The position numbers and the translations under genes are program-made. From Bdellovibrionales bacterium (GTDB lineage: Bacteria; Bdellovibrionota; Bdellovibrionia; Bdellovibrionales; JAGQZY01), in NCBI GenBank assembly GCA_964230645.1, contig CAXRHT010000002.1, positions 416,001 through 480,000 of the forward strand: 64,000 bases of DNA, in the 5' to 3' direction. A model generated the notes under the pieces. The model did not search any database, was not told where the DNA came from, and saw only the letters and a list, made by a program, of their open reading frames with translations. Shown here one piece after another: positions 21,260 to 31,105 of this stretch (within the stretch, counting starts at the first letter, position 1; every line of letters starts with the position of its first letter).

Positions 21260-23257
21260 GTGTTTAAATGGACTTTAATTTTACCCTTCGTTTTCACTTC
21301 CCTCTTAGTGGGATGTGACTCTTCTAACAATCAGGACCCCAGTGTTGGCGTCAACGTCGACAATCAATTACTTCTTGAAACAGAACAAAGACTTTTGGAT
21401 TTCGAGCAAGTCTTCTCTTTGGGGCAAGTTTTCCGAGATCACCCCCAGGCCGACAAAAGATTGATTCGCTCAGCACTGGATAAATCGCGAGCTGGTGTAC
21501 AGATACTCGTTCGCTATCAAGGCTCTTTGATGCCTTCATCTCAAGCGCAACTGGCTTACAACGAACTCAGCTCCGCTATTTACCTTCTAGAGAAAGTGCG
21601 TCTTCTTGAAGGGGACACCGAGGAAACCAGTGATCTCTTTAATAACATTCGTCTCCTCCGCCACGACCTAGGAAACTCTTTGGGTAAAAGTGCCAACTCT
21701 TGGGTTCTTTACAAACATAACTTTGGTGATGGCATCGAACCGGAATTCCGAGCCCCGGAAGGAGAGGATCGTCATGGTTCCGTACAGTGGGGTACGAACT
21801 TTCAAATCGACCTTCCAAAGGCCAAAGTTCAAGCCAGTGAGGGTTATGCCTGGCTTGTTTCCAGAAGTTTTGATCTAAGCCAAGTTCAAAACCCGGCCTT
21901 TCGCTTTCACGCCACTTACTTGGTTTCAAGTCGTGACTCCGAACTCACTCTATACGAGGTGGTGAAGAGAGTATTTAAGGTCTACGCTATTTTAGATTTA
22001 AAACCAGGAGAATCTCTTGAGAAAATTCCAGAGGAAAGAAAAATTCGCATCGAGTACAACCCCGACGAAGTTCCCAAGGCTCGCGATTTTCATGACCGCT
22101 GGCTTCCCTTTCGCTCTCTGAGTGCCTACAAAGATCATAAGATTTCCATTGGTTTCTTATTTGATACGCGCGATATCCCCCATCCCCAGTTTTACATTTG
22201 GGACATCTATGATTTTGAAATTGTGGGTGCTGGTAAAATTCAAAGTGCGCCTTATCTTTATGAAGCCAACTTCTCTTCAGGAATCTCTCCTTTTAATTCC
22301 ATGAGTTCTCTTTTTCTTGGCAAAAGTTTTGTGGCCGATAACGGGGCGGCTTTTGTTGAGACCACAGAGACTGAGAGGACCGACGCGGCTCTGTTAAGTC
22401 CCATGTATTACGCGCGAAAGATTCCTTACTTTGATCACAAGTTACTTCTTACATTCAAAAACGATTTGATTCTCAGTGGACCTGAGGCCAAAGCAGAAGT
22501 CCTAATTTCAACAGACTATATTCCTGGTCGCCAATTCAAAAGACAAGGTCAGGGTTGGACTCCTCTCAGTGTGAACTCGGCTGAGGACACCGATGGATCG
22601 CAAGTTGATTTGACTGATTATATAGGACAGGAATTTTATCTTGCCTTTTATTTTTCTTCCAAACAGGCTGGAGACTTTTGGCGCCTTACTGATCTTATGA
22701 TCCAAGGTCACGGCACTCCTCTTTACGACATTCCTTTTGTAGTGGAAGAAAATGTCGAAATAGACCTTAACCATCAATTTGATTTTACCAGTGAAGAGTT
22801 TCAACAAACTCTGATAACGGAACTTGAAGAAGACGATGGCCCCCTTTGGCGTCCTTCTCGCGATAGCGATGGCATGCGCTGTAATGCCCATAGAGGAAGT
22901 GACCCCGCTCGTCCGGGCTGGTCTCGCATGATCGTACCGTCCGTTAAACTGGCTGAAGGTAAAAATCTCCTCAGAATCCTCCACAGGGTGAAATTTTTTA
23001 AGAGTTCTCCTTTTGAGCACTTAAAAGTTGCCGTGCGCGCATCAGGAAGTGAAGACGAGTGGCAAACACTCAACTTCACCCCTAATAACCTCCTTGGGGA
23101 CACGGGCTCTGGCAATGAATTTGAGTACTCCTCTTGGGCCCTTCTTCCTTTTGAAAATCAAGAAGTGGATGTGGCTTTTATTTATGAAGCCTCAGAAACC
23201 GGATCGCCTGAATGGATTGTGCAAGCCCTTGAAATCGGACTGGGAGTGAAGGAATGA
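21260..23257 (+). CDS. Lipoprotein with about three tandem beta-sandwich (DUF5017/choice-of-anchor-J-like) domains
   Basis: Lipobox LVGC. Recurring module with WLVSRSFDL / ALLSP / RMIVPSVKL near each start and ISIGFLF / FYLAFYF / VDVAFIY then W-x-[IL] near each end. Confidence 0.65.
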   Translation: MFKWTLILPFVFTSLLVGCDSSNNQDPSVGVNVDNQLLLETEQRLLDFEQVFSLGQVFRDHPQADKRLIRSALDKSRAGVQILVRYQGSLMPSSQAQLAYNELSSAIYLLEKVRLLEGDTEETSDLFNNIRLLRHDLGNSLGKSANSWVLYKHNFGDGIEPEFRAPEGEDRHGSVQWGTNFQIDLPKAKVQASEGYAWLVSRSFDLSQVQNPAFRFHATYLVSSRDSELTLYEVVKRVFKVYAILDLKPGESLEKIPEERKIRIEYNPDEVPKARDFHDRWLPFRSLSAYKDHKISIGFLFDTRDIPHPQFYIWDIYDFEIVGAGKIQSAPYLYEANFSSGISPFNSMSSLFLGKSFVADNGAAFVETTETERTDAALLSPMYYARKIPYFDHKLLLTFKNDLILSGPEAKAEVLISTDYIPGRQFKRQGQGWTPLSVNSAEDTDGSQVDLTDYIGQEFYLAFYFSSKQAGDFWRLTDLMIQGHGTPLYDIPFVVEENVEIDLNHQFDFTSEEFQQTLITELEEDDGPLWRPSRDSDGMRCNAHRGSDPARPGWSRMIVPSVKLAEGKNLLRILHRVKFFKSSPFEHLKVAVRASGSEDEWQTLNFTPNNLLGDTGSGNEFEYSSWALLPFENQEVDVAFIYEASETGSPEWIVQALEIGLGVKE

Positions 23258-25830
23258 CGAGAATTTTGTTAAAATTCTTTTTTATTTCAAACTTTAGTCT
23301 CTTAGTGGCTTGCTCTCAAAATGAGGGCACGCGCGCACCGGAAGCCTTTGGGCTTTTAAGCACGCAAACCGATGGCACACACTCCACTGAACTTGGAAAC
23401 TTCACAGCCACGGCTGTGAAAGAAGCCTACGATTTGGACTTTGCTCTCCTTCCGGCCAAATACTACTCGGGGCGCCAAGATCTTTTTGAAGTTCGGCCCG
23501 CGATGACGGAAACTGAGATCAACGAAGTTCTCAGCCATTACCCGATTGATCCCCAAGACCAACTCCTTATTGGTTCGATTTCAGGAAAAAATTTAAAAGA
23601 ATTTATTATCGCAAGATCGTCTGAGTACTACAAACTTGATCTTGAGGTGGCAGGCCTCTGGTATGACATAAGCTTTGTGGGAGGGGTGGTGGAATCTACC
23701 CTTATGAGTATTGAGGGGCGACTTCCTATTGACGATAAGCAAAAATACAGAATTGCCATCAGTGATGACTTCTATTTCGGCTCGGCCTTCCCAGGCTACA
23801 AGTATCGTAACAATTTTAATTTCGTCTTTAACCGCGAGCGCGTCCAAAGATCGATCCACGAAGCGGTTCGTGTTTATCTCTCCAATACAAAAACTTCTTT
23901 TCCCAACTGGTCTCAAACTAGAGGCCAAGTGCGAAATATTATCAAAGAGAATCTGGGTTTAAAAACAGTGGCTCAAATCCAGGGGCCCGGCCACTCAAGT
24001 CCCTTAAGAGCCCATATTGTGACGACAACAGGAATCGTCACAGCTGTGGGTTCTGATAACTGGTTTCCCTATGATCTCGACATCTACATCCAAAGCCAAA
24101 CCCCTGACGGCTCCCCTCTTACCTCCGAAGGTCTTCATATAAGTTCTGATTTTAACAATGTGGATATAAAGCTTGGTCAAAAAATTGAAGTCACAGGCAT
24201 GGTGATGGAGGAAATGCGAACCAACGGTATGGGCGAGACCACTCTCAGATTGACCCAGCCTCCAAAAATTTTAGAACGCGACCTGCCTCTTCCCGAAGCC
24301 AAGGAGCTTAGTAATATCCCCACCGAGCGTATCTCCACTTTCGATGGCTCTCTTATGGGTAAAAAAACTCTCGATTTGAACGATGGGATTGATTATTGGG
24401 AGAGCCTTGAGGGCATGAGAGTGAAAACCCGTGACCTCGTGGTCTCTGGTTTTCGCGGGGGTGGTGAGGAGCTTCTTGCTATTTCTGACCGATTTTATCT
24501 TAACCTATATGTTTACTCTAAAAGCAGTTACTCCCAAGATCTCTTGACTCACAACGGTGGCTTGATGCCTGATTTTTTAGAGCAAGACTTCAACCCTGAG
24601 CTTTTTGTGATTACCACAAATCATCTCTCAAAAGGCATTGCCGTGGATAAGGGGGGCGATGAGTACTACTCTTATAACGTTGGCGACGAGATTGCCCACT
24701 CCGAGCTTCCTGGAGAATTACAAAGTCTTGAGGGTGTGATGACTTACCCTAAAAATCTTTTTGGGGGCGGAGAGTACGCTCTTGTTCTTCCGGAGCCTCA
24801 AGAGGCGATGAAGTATGAAAACATAAAAACCCAGGGCTTTGTTAAACTCAAAGATCGACCAAAAACACAGTTTAACTCACATAATAATCGAGAGGAAATC
24901 ACCCTCACAACTTTCAATTTAGAAAATTTGGCGGGAAACCGTCAGGACCGTATCGACAAGTTAGCAGAAATGATTGATGAAAATCTCAATTGCCCTGATC
25001 TTATTAATCTTGTGGAAGTACAAGACAACAACGGCTTCTCGCTCCGTAAAGGAGCCAGTGCTGAGGTTACGTTAAAAAAGATCAAAGTGGCTGTACAACA
25101 GCGTTGCAGCCTGGCCCATTACGAGTACATCAATATTGATCCCTTTGAGCAATCCGAAGGAGGACAGCCAGGAGGAAACATCCGGGTGTCTTTAATGTAC
25201 AATCAGGAAAAATTGGGATTTCAATACCGCGGAGAGTTTGACCCCTTAACGGGGGGGCACACCGGCGTACTTCCTGGAGGGATTTTAAGCTTAAACCCAG
25301 GTCGCGTCTTTCCCCTTGATGAAGCTTTTAATGGATCAAGAAGAAGTCCTGTTATGGAATTTTACTTAAAAGCAAACAGAGAAAAGAAACTTTATTTTAT
25401 AGGCGCTCACTTAAACTCAAAACTTGGAGACACTGACTTCTGGGGGAATCTACAACCCATCGCTCAACTCTCTGATGATCGAAGAGCGCAAATGGCAGAG
25501 AAACTCAATCAATTCGCGCGCTGGATTGAATCAGAAAACCCGAAAGCCCATATTTTTGTTCTCGGTGACTTCAACGCTCTTTCTGAAGAGTCTTCCATGC
25601 AGGTTCTCGCCGGTACGGACCAATTTCTTCGCAATGGTATGGAGTGGATTCCACGAAATCAGCGTTACACAACCAACCACAATGGAAACTCTCAACCTCT
25701 CGACTATATCTTTATGAATCGAAATGTTTACTCAAAAGATTGCACAGAGGTTGAAGTCCTCCATTTAAATTCAGACTTTATGGGACGAATCTCTGATCAC
25801 GATCCTGTGATTGTGAAAACTTGTTTTTAA
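23254..25830 (+). CDS. Extracellular nuclease lipoprotein (5'-nucleotidase C-domain + OB fold + EEP domain; ExeM/YhcR-like)
   Basis: Lipobox LVAC. ELGNF...YRIAISDD nucleotidase-C pattern, AQIQG...SP...TGIVTA OB fold, and EEP motifs FNLEN, VEVQD, HLNSK, GDFN, LDYI, SDHDP. Confidence 0.88.
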   Translation: MTRILLKFFFISNFSLLVACSQNEGTRAPEAFGLLSTQTDGTHSTELGNFTATAVKEAYDLDFALLPAKYYSGRQDLFEVRPAMTETEINEVLSHYPIDPQDQLLIGSISGKNLKEFIIARSSEYYKLDLEVAGLWYDISFVGGVVESTLMSIEGRLPIDDKQKYRIAISDDFYFGSAFPGYKYRNNFNFVFNRERVQRSIHEAVRVYLSNTKTSFPNWSQTRGQVRNIIKENLGLKTVAQIQGPGHSSPLRAHIVTTTGIVTAVGSDNWFPYDLDIYIQSQTPDGSPLTSEGLHISSDFNNVDIKLGQKIEVTGMVMEEMRTNGMGETTLRLTQPPKILERDLPLPEAKELSNIPTERISTFDGSLMGKKTLDLNDGIDYWESLEGMRVKTRDLVVSGFRGGGEELLAISDRFYLNLYVYSKSSYSQDLLTHNGGLMPDFLEQDFNPELFVITTNHLSKGIAVDKGGDEYYSYNVGDEIAHSELPGELQSLEGVMTYPKNLFGGGEYALVLPEPQEAMKYENIKTQGFVKLKDRPKTQFNSHNNREEITLTTFNLENLAGNRQDRIDKLAEMIDENLNCPDLINLVEVQDNNGFSLRKGASAEVTLKKIKVAVQQRCSLAHYEYINIDPFEQSEGGQPGGNIRVSLMYNQEKLGFQYRGEFDPLTGGHTGVLPGGILSLNPGRVFPLDEAFNGSRRSPVMEFYLKANREKKLYFIGAHLNSKLGDTDFWGNLQPIAQLSDDRRAQMAEKLNQFARWIESENPKAHIFVLGDFNALSEESSMQVLAGTDQFLRNGMEWIPRNQRYTTNHNGNSQPLDYIFMNRNVYSKDCTEVEVLHLNSDFMGRISDHDPVIVKTCF

Positions 25831-25848
25831 AAAATTATTCTCCTCTCA

Positions 25849-25884
25849 ATCTTGGTGGTAATTCTTTAAACTTACCACCAAGAT
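25849..25884. terminator. 13-bp perfect hairpin after the nuclease operon
   Basis: atcttggtggtaa / ttaccaccaagat with a 10-nt loop. No clear U-tract. Confidence 0.55.
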
Positions 25885-25947
25885 GACAAAAATGTAGAGA
25901 CAAGCTAATTTACTGCCAATCAAAATGAAACCCAAAGAGGCTACCCT

Positions 25948-27198
25948 ATGCATTCTCAATCGGCTTTAATCACAAATGATGCCATCGTTCTTGGTCTTTT
26001 ATTTGCTGTTCTTGGACTTATTTTTTATTCGGAAAAATTAGCAGCCTTCAAAAAGTTTTATTCGGTCGTCCCCTCTTTGCTTCTTTGTTATTTTATTCCA
26101 GGACTGCTCAATACCTTTGGAATTATAGATGGAGGAAGCTCACAGCTTTACTTTGTCGCCTCCCGGTATCTACTGCCTGCCATTTTAATTTTGCTCACCG
26201 TGAGTGTGGATCTATCAGAAATATTAAAACTTGGTCCTAAAGCTTTGATTATGTTTTTCACCGGCACATTCGGAATAATTTTCGGAGGTCCTATTGCTGT
26301 CCTGGCCGCGGGATGGTTTTTCCCAGATCTTGTTGAAGGTATCGGTGCCGACAGGTTTTGGAGAGGTCTCACCACAGTAGCGGGAACATGGATTGGTGGT
26401 GGAGCCAACCAGGCCAGTATGAAGGAAATTTTCCGGGTCGATGGCCCTCTATTTTCTCTCATGGTCGTAGTCGACATTCTTGTCGCTAATTTATGGATGG
26501 CCATTCTATTGATCATGGCTGGACGCGTGGATAAAATCGACCGCTGGGTCGGAGCTGACACCAGTGCTCTGGATAACCTTAAAAAGAAAATGCAAGATTA
26601 CCAACATAAGAACGAAAAGATCCCTAGCACTCATCATTTGATGATGATTGCGAGTTTCTCTTTCACCTTGATGGGACTCTCCCACTTGGTCGCTGATACG
26701 GTGGCCCCGTTTTTCCAGGAAAACTTTCCCTCTTTGGCAAAATTTAGCCTCACCTCTTCTTTCTTTTGGCTCGTTATCACCGCCACCACCATTGGGCTTG
26801 GTTTTTCTTTCACTCCGGTGCGCAAGATTGAACATGTGGGAGCCTCCAAAGTGGGGACCGTTCTTCTTTATGTATTGATTGCCACGATCGGCATGCATAT
26901 GAACGTTTTAGAAATTCTTAAACACCCCTCTTTGTTTTTCATTGGTCTTATTTGGATGTCCTTTCATGCCTTTTTAATTCTTCTCGTTGGAAGACTGATC
27001 AAAGCCCCTCTCTTTTATATGGCTGTGGGCTCGCAAGCCAATGTGGGGGGAGCCGCTTCAGCTCCCGTAGTCGCGAGTTGCTTTCACCCTTCTCTGGCTC
27101 CAGTGGGAGTTCTCCTGGCCGTCTTTGGCTATGTGGTGGGAACTTACGGCGCTTGGCTCTGTGGGCAACTTATGAGGCTGGCCTCTCTTTCCTTGTAA
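25948..27198 (+). CDS. DUF819-family membrane protein
   Basis: YLLPA, GTWIGGGANQ and VGSQANVGGAASAPVVA motifs with about 11-12 TMs. Confidence 0.9.
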   Translation: MHSQSALITNDAIVLGLLFAVLGLIFYSEKLAAFKKFYSVVPSLLLCYFIPGLLNTFGIIDGGSSQLYFVASRYLLPAILILLTVSVDLSEILKLGPKALIMFFTGTFGIIFGGPIAVLAAGWFFPDLVEGIGADRFWRGLTTVAGTWIGGGANQASMKEIFRVDGPLFSLMVVVDILVANLWMAILLIMAGRVDKIDRWVGADTSALDNLKKKMQDYQHKNEKIPSTHHLMMIASFSFTLMGLSHLVADTVAPFFQENFPSLAKFSLTSSFFWLVITATTIGLGFSFTPVRKIEHVGASKVGTVLLYVLIATIGMHMNVLEILKHPSLFFIGLIWMSFHAFLILLVGRLIKAPLFYMAVGSQANVGGAASAPVVASCFHPSLAPVGVLLAVFGYVVGTYGAWLCGQLMRLASLSL

Positions 27199-27314
27199 TT
27201 TCTACAACATCGGCAACTGAGTTCATTGTAGTTGAGTCAAAAGAAAAGATAATTCGAGCACATTAATAAACTTAATGGTACATCCATCCCATTCAAATCT
27301 TACGGGGGTGGGAG

Positions 27315-28115
27315 ATGTTTTTTTCAAAAATCCTAATTTTCACAGGCCTTATTGTTGCCCTAACCACAAAGCCCAGCTCAGCCGCGCTTACCTGCCAGAG
27401 TGTTTTTAAACAGAACACTCCCATGGACATGACTCTTTTTTTAGGAGCACAATTGGAGCAAGCTCAAGCACGTCTTGTGGAGGCCACCACATTGGTTGAG
27501 GCCAATCAACAGGTTCATGAAATGGTCGTCACTTCCAATGAGCTTCTAGACAATGCGATCAAGGCCATTACGACATTGAATGTTGAAGAGCTTGGTGGTG
27601 ATGAGAAAGCCAGTTTAATGGCCGTTGCCGAAATTGGCATTGAAAAGCTTCAGCAGACGTTTGCTATCGATGACCTCAGTATGAAAAATGCCATTACAGC
27701 GAGAATTCAAAAGCTTATCGCCGAAGAAAAGCTCCGCCAGCAATTACAATCTAAGAAAAGAGCCATTGGTTTTAATCGTGATGAGAGCTCTGAGGACTTT
27801 CATGCTAATCAACCAGCCCCAGAGCCTATTGGGTTTGATATTGGTAAAAGTGAAGAACTAGCCGAGTCAATCGAGGAGGCTGTGGTTTATGTCGATGAAT
27901 CCCCAGCGGCTCGGCCCACAAGACAACCCATTGGTTTTGTGAAGCTTGAGGATGCTCATTTAAGTGAGAGTGAAACGACCCAAGAGGGCATCGGTTTTTT
28001 ACCTCCAAAGGAGCCGGATCTCTCGGAACAAAACTCAAGAGACCTCAACCAGATTACCTTCGATTCCGAGCAGGGTGAATTTGTCCTGGTCTCAGAAACG
28101 CCTTTGGGTTTTTGA
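27315..28115 (+). CDS. Secreted hypothetical protein with helical N-domain and five IGF/LGF motifs
   Basis: Signal peptide then LTCQSVF. IGF at aa 151, 172, 206 and 226, and a C-terminal LGF at aa 264. Confidence 0.8.
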   Translation: MFFSKILIFTGLIVALTTKPSSAALTCQSVFKQNTPMDMTLFLGAQLEQAQARLVEATTLVEANQQVHEMVVTSNELLDNAIKAITTLNVEELGGDEKASLMAVAEIGIEKLQQTFAIDDLSMKNAITARIQKLIAEEKLRQQLQSKKRAIGFNRDESSEDFHANQPAPEPIGFDIGKSEELAESIEEAVVYVDESPAARPTRQPIGFVKLEDAHLSESETTQEGIGFLPPKEPDLSEQNSRDLNQITFDSEQGEFVLVSETPLGF

Positions 28116-28116
28116 A

Positions 28117-28512
28117 CTACACCATACTTTCGTGGCTAATGATTTTTTCTAGCCTCTGGTGATCCAGAGGCTTGGTTAAATGAAATTCAAAGCCAGAGCT
28201 GAAAGAGCGTTGTTCCCACTGTTGACCTTCATTTCCGGTCAGGGCCACAAAAACAGTTTCAAGTGACTCGTTACGAGCTTTGCATTTGGCCGCCACTTCA
28301 TAGCCCGTCATACCGGGCATATTGATGTCGATGAGTGCAAAGTCTGGTTTGACCTCTTCGATTTTTGAAATCGCTTCTTCGCCGTTTTCTACGAGAATAA
28401 GATCGTAGCCCTTAGAGGCAAGAAGAGCTTGGCAGATGGAGCGAGCGTGTTTACTGTCGTCGGCCACCAGAATGGTTTGCGAAGGATTTTCCTTATTTTG
28501 TTTGCTTTCCAT
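28117..28512 (-). CDS. Single-domain response regulator
   Basis: ILVADD, LIDINMPGMTG, ALTG and TKP receiver motifs. Confidence 0.92.
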   Translation of the reverse strand: MESKQNKENPSQTILVADDSKHARSICQALLASKGYDLILVENGEEAISKIEEVKPDFALIDINMPGMTGYEVAAKCKARNESLETVFVALTGNEGQQWEQRSFSSGFEFHLTKPLDHQRLEKIISHESMV

Positions 28513-28705
28513 ACTCTATCCCTTTTAGCGTTAAACACAGACTTATTATGCCATAGCTTTGAATGAATGAGGGCATGTGTAAAAAACTAATAAAAACACA
28601 GCCTCAGAGGCAATCTACACCCTTTATCTCTGACCCAGAGTTGAAAATTTGCAGGTTTTGTAATATTTCTTGTGCTTAAACCTCAGAAATTAAGGATGTT
28701 TATCC

Positions 28706-30301
28706 ATGATCAGCACCTCGGATTTGGGCTTGAAATTTGGAAGCCGTACGCTGTTTGAAGACGTTAATGTTAAATTCACTCCTGGAAACTGTTACGGCCT
28801 TATTGGCGCCAATGGAGCAGGAAAATCGACTTTTTTAAAGATTCTTTCAGGGGACGTCGACTCCACATCGGGTACAGTACAAAGGGACAAAAATCTTCGC
28901 CTCTCGTTTCTAAAGCAGGATCAAAATGCCTATGACGAATACACTGTTCTTGATACCGTACTTATGGGAAATGAAGATCTCTACGCCATTATGAAAGAGC
29001 GTGAAGCCATTTATGCTAAACCAGACTTCTCTGATGAAGATGGCATTAAGTCCGCAGAACTTGAGTCAGAATTTGCTGACATGAATGGTTATGAAGCTGA
29101 ATCCGATGCCGGCATACTGCTCGCCGGATTAGGAATTCCCGCGGAAGATAACGACAAACTCATGAAGGACCTTGATGGGAGCCAAAAGGTAAAAGTGCTT
29201 CTTGCCCAAGCTCTATTTGGAAACCCCGATATTCTACTTCTTGATGAGCCCACAAACCACTTGGATGTTTTTGCGATCCGTTGGCTTGAAGAGTTTTTAA
29301 TGTCTTTTGAAAGCACTGTCATCGTGGTGAGCCATGATCGACATTTTATGAACCGGGTCTGCACTCATATTGCTGATATTGACTATGCCAAAATCCAGAC
29401 CTATGCCGGTAATTATGAATTTTGGCAGCGCTCTTGTGAGCTCAGTCGAAGAATGCAGGCCGAACAGAATAAAAAAAATGAGGCCAAGGCAGAGGAGCTC
29501 AAAAAGTTTATCGCCCGCTTTAGTGCCAATGCGGCTAAGTCAAAACAAGCCACTTCCCGTCAAAAGCAATTGGAAAAGCTTGAGTTGGGAGAACTGCCTC
29601 AGTCTTCAAGACGCTATCCTTTTGTGGGTTTTGATTCGGAAAGAGAGGCCGGTAACGATATTCTTATGGTGGAAAACCTCTCTAAAACAAGTGAAGGTGA
29701 AACTCTATTAAAAAATGTTAACTTTCGTGTGAACAAAGGTGACAAGATTGCTTTCGTGAATAAAAACGACGTCGCAACCACGGCCCTCTTTGATATTTTA
29801 GCGGGTGAAGAAAAGCCTGACTCCGGGGGCTTGAGCTGGGGTATTACAATCACTGCCAGCTATTTCCCAAGTGACAACTCCAAGTACTTTGAAGACTGTG
29901 ATTTAAATCTCATTGATTGGCTTCGTCAGTTTTCAAAGGAAAAAGACGAGTCCTTTATTCGTGGTTTCCTTGGCAAAATGCTCTTTAGCAAAGATGAAGC
30001 CCTAAAAAAAGCGAAGGTACTCTCTGGAGGAGAGCGCGTGCGCTGTATGTTGGCTAAAACGATGCTCTCAGGAGCCAACGTTTTAATTCTTGATCACCCT
30101 ACAGCGCATTTGGATTTGGAGTCTGTAACAGCTCTAAATGATGGTCTCACAAGATTTGAGGGTACTATTTTATTCGCCTCCCAGGACCACGAGTTCGTGC
30201 AAACCATTGCCAATCGAATCATCCATATCGATGGATCCATCGTGTTTGATGACTCAACCACCTACGACGAATTCCTAGAGTCCCAAGCGCCACAAAACTA
30301 A
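28706..30301 (+). CDS. ABC-F family ATPase (YbiT/YkpA-like)
   Basis: Two ABC cassettes (GANGAGKST, LLDEPTNHLD, LSGGE), a linker and no TM domain. The second Walker A is degenerate. Confidence 0.93.
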   Translation: MISTSDLGLKFGSRTLFEDVNVKFTPGNCYGLIGANGAGKSTFLKILSGDVDSTSGTVQRDKNLRLSFLKQDQNAYDEYTVLDTVLMGNEDLYAIMKEREAIYAKPDFSDEDGIKSAELESEFADMNGYEAESDAGILLAGLGIPAEDNDKLMKDLDGSQKVKVLLAQALFGNPDILLLDEPTNHLDVFAIRWLEEFLMSFESTVIVVSHDRHFMNRVCTHIADIDYAKIQTYAGNYEFWQRSCELSRRMQAEQNKKNEAKAEELKKFIARFSANAAKSKQATSRQKQLEKLELGELPQSSRRYPFVGFDSEREAGNDILMVENLSKTSEGETLLKNVNFRVNKGDKIAFVNKNDVATTALFDILAGEEKPDSGGLSWGITITASYFPSDNSKYFEDCDLNLIDWLRQFSKEKDESFIRGFLGKMLFSKDEALKKAKVLSGGERVRCMLAKTMLSGANVLILDHPTAHLDLESVTALNDGLTRFEGTILFASQDHEFVQTIANRIIHIDGSIVFDDSTTYDEFLESQAPQN

Positions 30302-30311
30302 AAGTTGCTCT

Positions 30312-30707
30312 ATGTTTTCCTCAAACTCTAAGGGCCTGCTCTTATCAGAACGGGCCTTATTTTTATTATTTACCTTTATAGGCTGCCTTTTTTGTTATTA
30401 TCTACAAAGCGCTCTTAACATCCCAGCTTATGTCGCCTCAGCCTTGGTTGGATTTCTGGGGAGTTTGCTTCCCTCTTCTTACTTCGTAAACACGAAGCAA
30501 TTGATTGCCTGTATTTATACGGGAAGCTTTTCAGCCATGTGCTCTCAGTCTTTTTTTACTTCTTCAATAGATATTTTAATTTTAGGTATTTTAACTGGGG
30601 TTTTTTATATTACTTTTGCCAATTACTTCAGAGGCTTTGGAGGAAAGTTAGGAACGATCGGCTTTCTCTCCTCTTTGAGTTTCGTTTTTTTAAAGGGCTT
30701 GCTATGA
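30312..30707 (+). CDS. Small 4-TM membrane protein (paralog of the next gene)
   Basis: YTGSFSAMCS and GFGGKLGTIGF motifs. Confidence 0.75.
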   Translation: MFSSNSKGLLLSERALFLLFTFIGCLFCYYLQSALNIPAYVASALVGFLGSLLPSSYFVNTKQLIACIYTGSFSAMCSQSFFTSSIDILILGILTGVFYITFANYFRGFGGKLGTIGFLSSLSFVFLKGLL

Positions 30708-31102
30708 ATTTTTCCTACTATCTTGTTTCTTCTTTCATGGCCTCAGCCACCTATTTACTTATCAAGTCGACGGATCACACTCCCACCCGAGTGTCGTCTA
30801 CACTTTCTCTCATAGGCTTTGGAGGACTTTACCTGATCCATCAGTTTACACCCATCGACTTTCACTCTTTAGCCTCTCTCATTTTTGGAGCAAGCTTTGT
30901 GGGAATGTGTTCACACAAAAAGATCAATATAGGAGAGATCCTTTTCGGATCCCTCGTCTTTGCAGCCCTTTTTGATTTTCTGGACCCGGTCTCTTACCAG
31001 GTCGGAGGCGCATTGGGATTTAGCGCCTTTGTCTCGATTGTATTGGTGTGGAGTTCTTCTAAAGTTGTCTCTCACCTAAAAACTTTGATCTTATCTCGTT
31101 AG
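30704..31102 (+). CDS. Small 4-TM membrane protein (paralog of the previous gene)
   Basis: ATGA-coupled start at 30704 (MNFSYY). FGASFVGMCS and QVGGALGFSAF motifs. Confidence 0.75.
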   Translation: MNFSYYLVSSFMASATYLLIKSTDHTPTRVSSTLSLIGFGGLYLIHQFTPIDFHSLASLIFGASFVGMCSHKKINIGEILFGSLVFAALFDFLDPVSYQVGGALGFSAFVSIVLVWSSSKVVSHLKTLILSR

Positions 31103-31105
31103 CTT

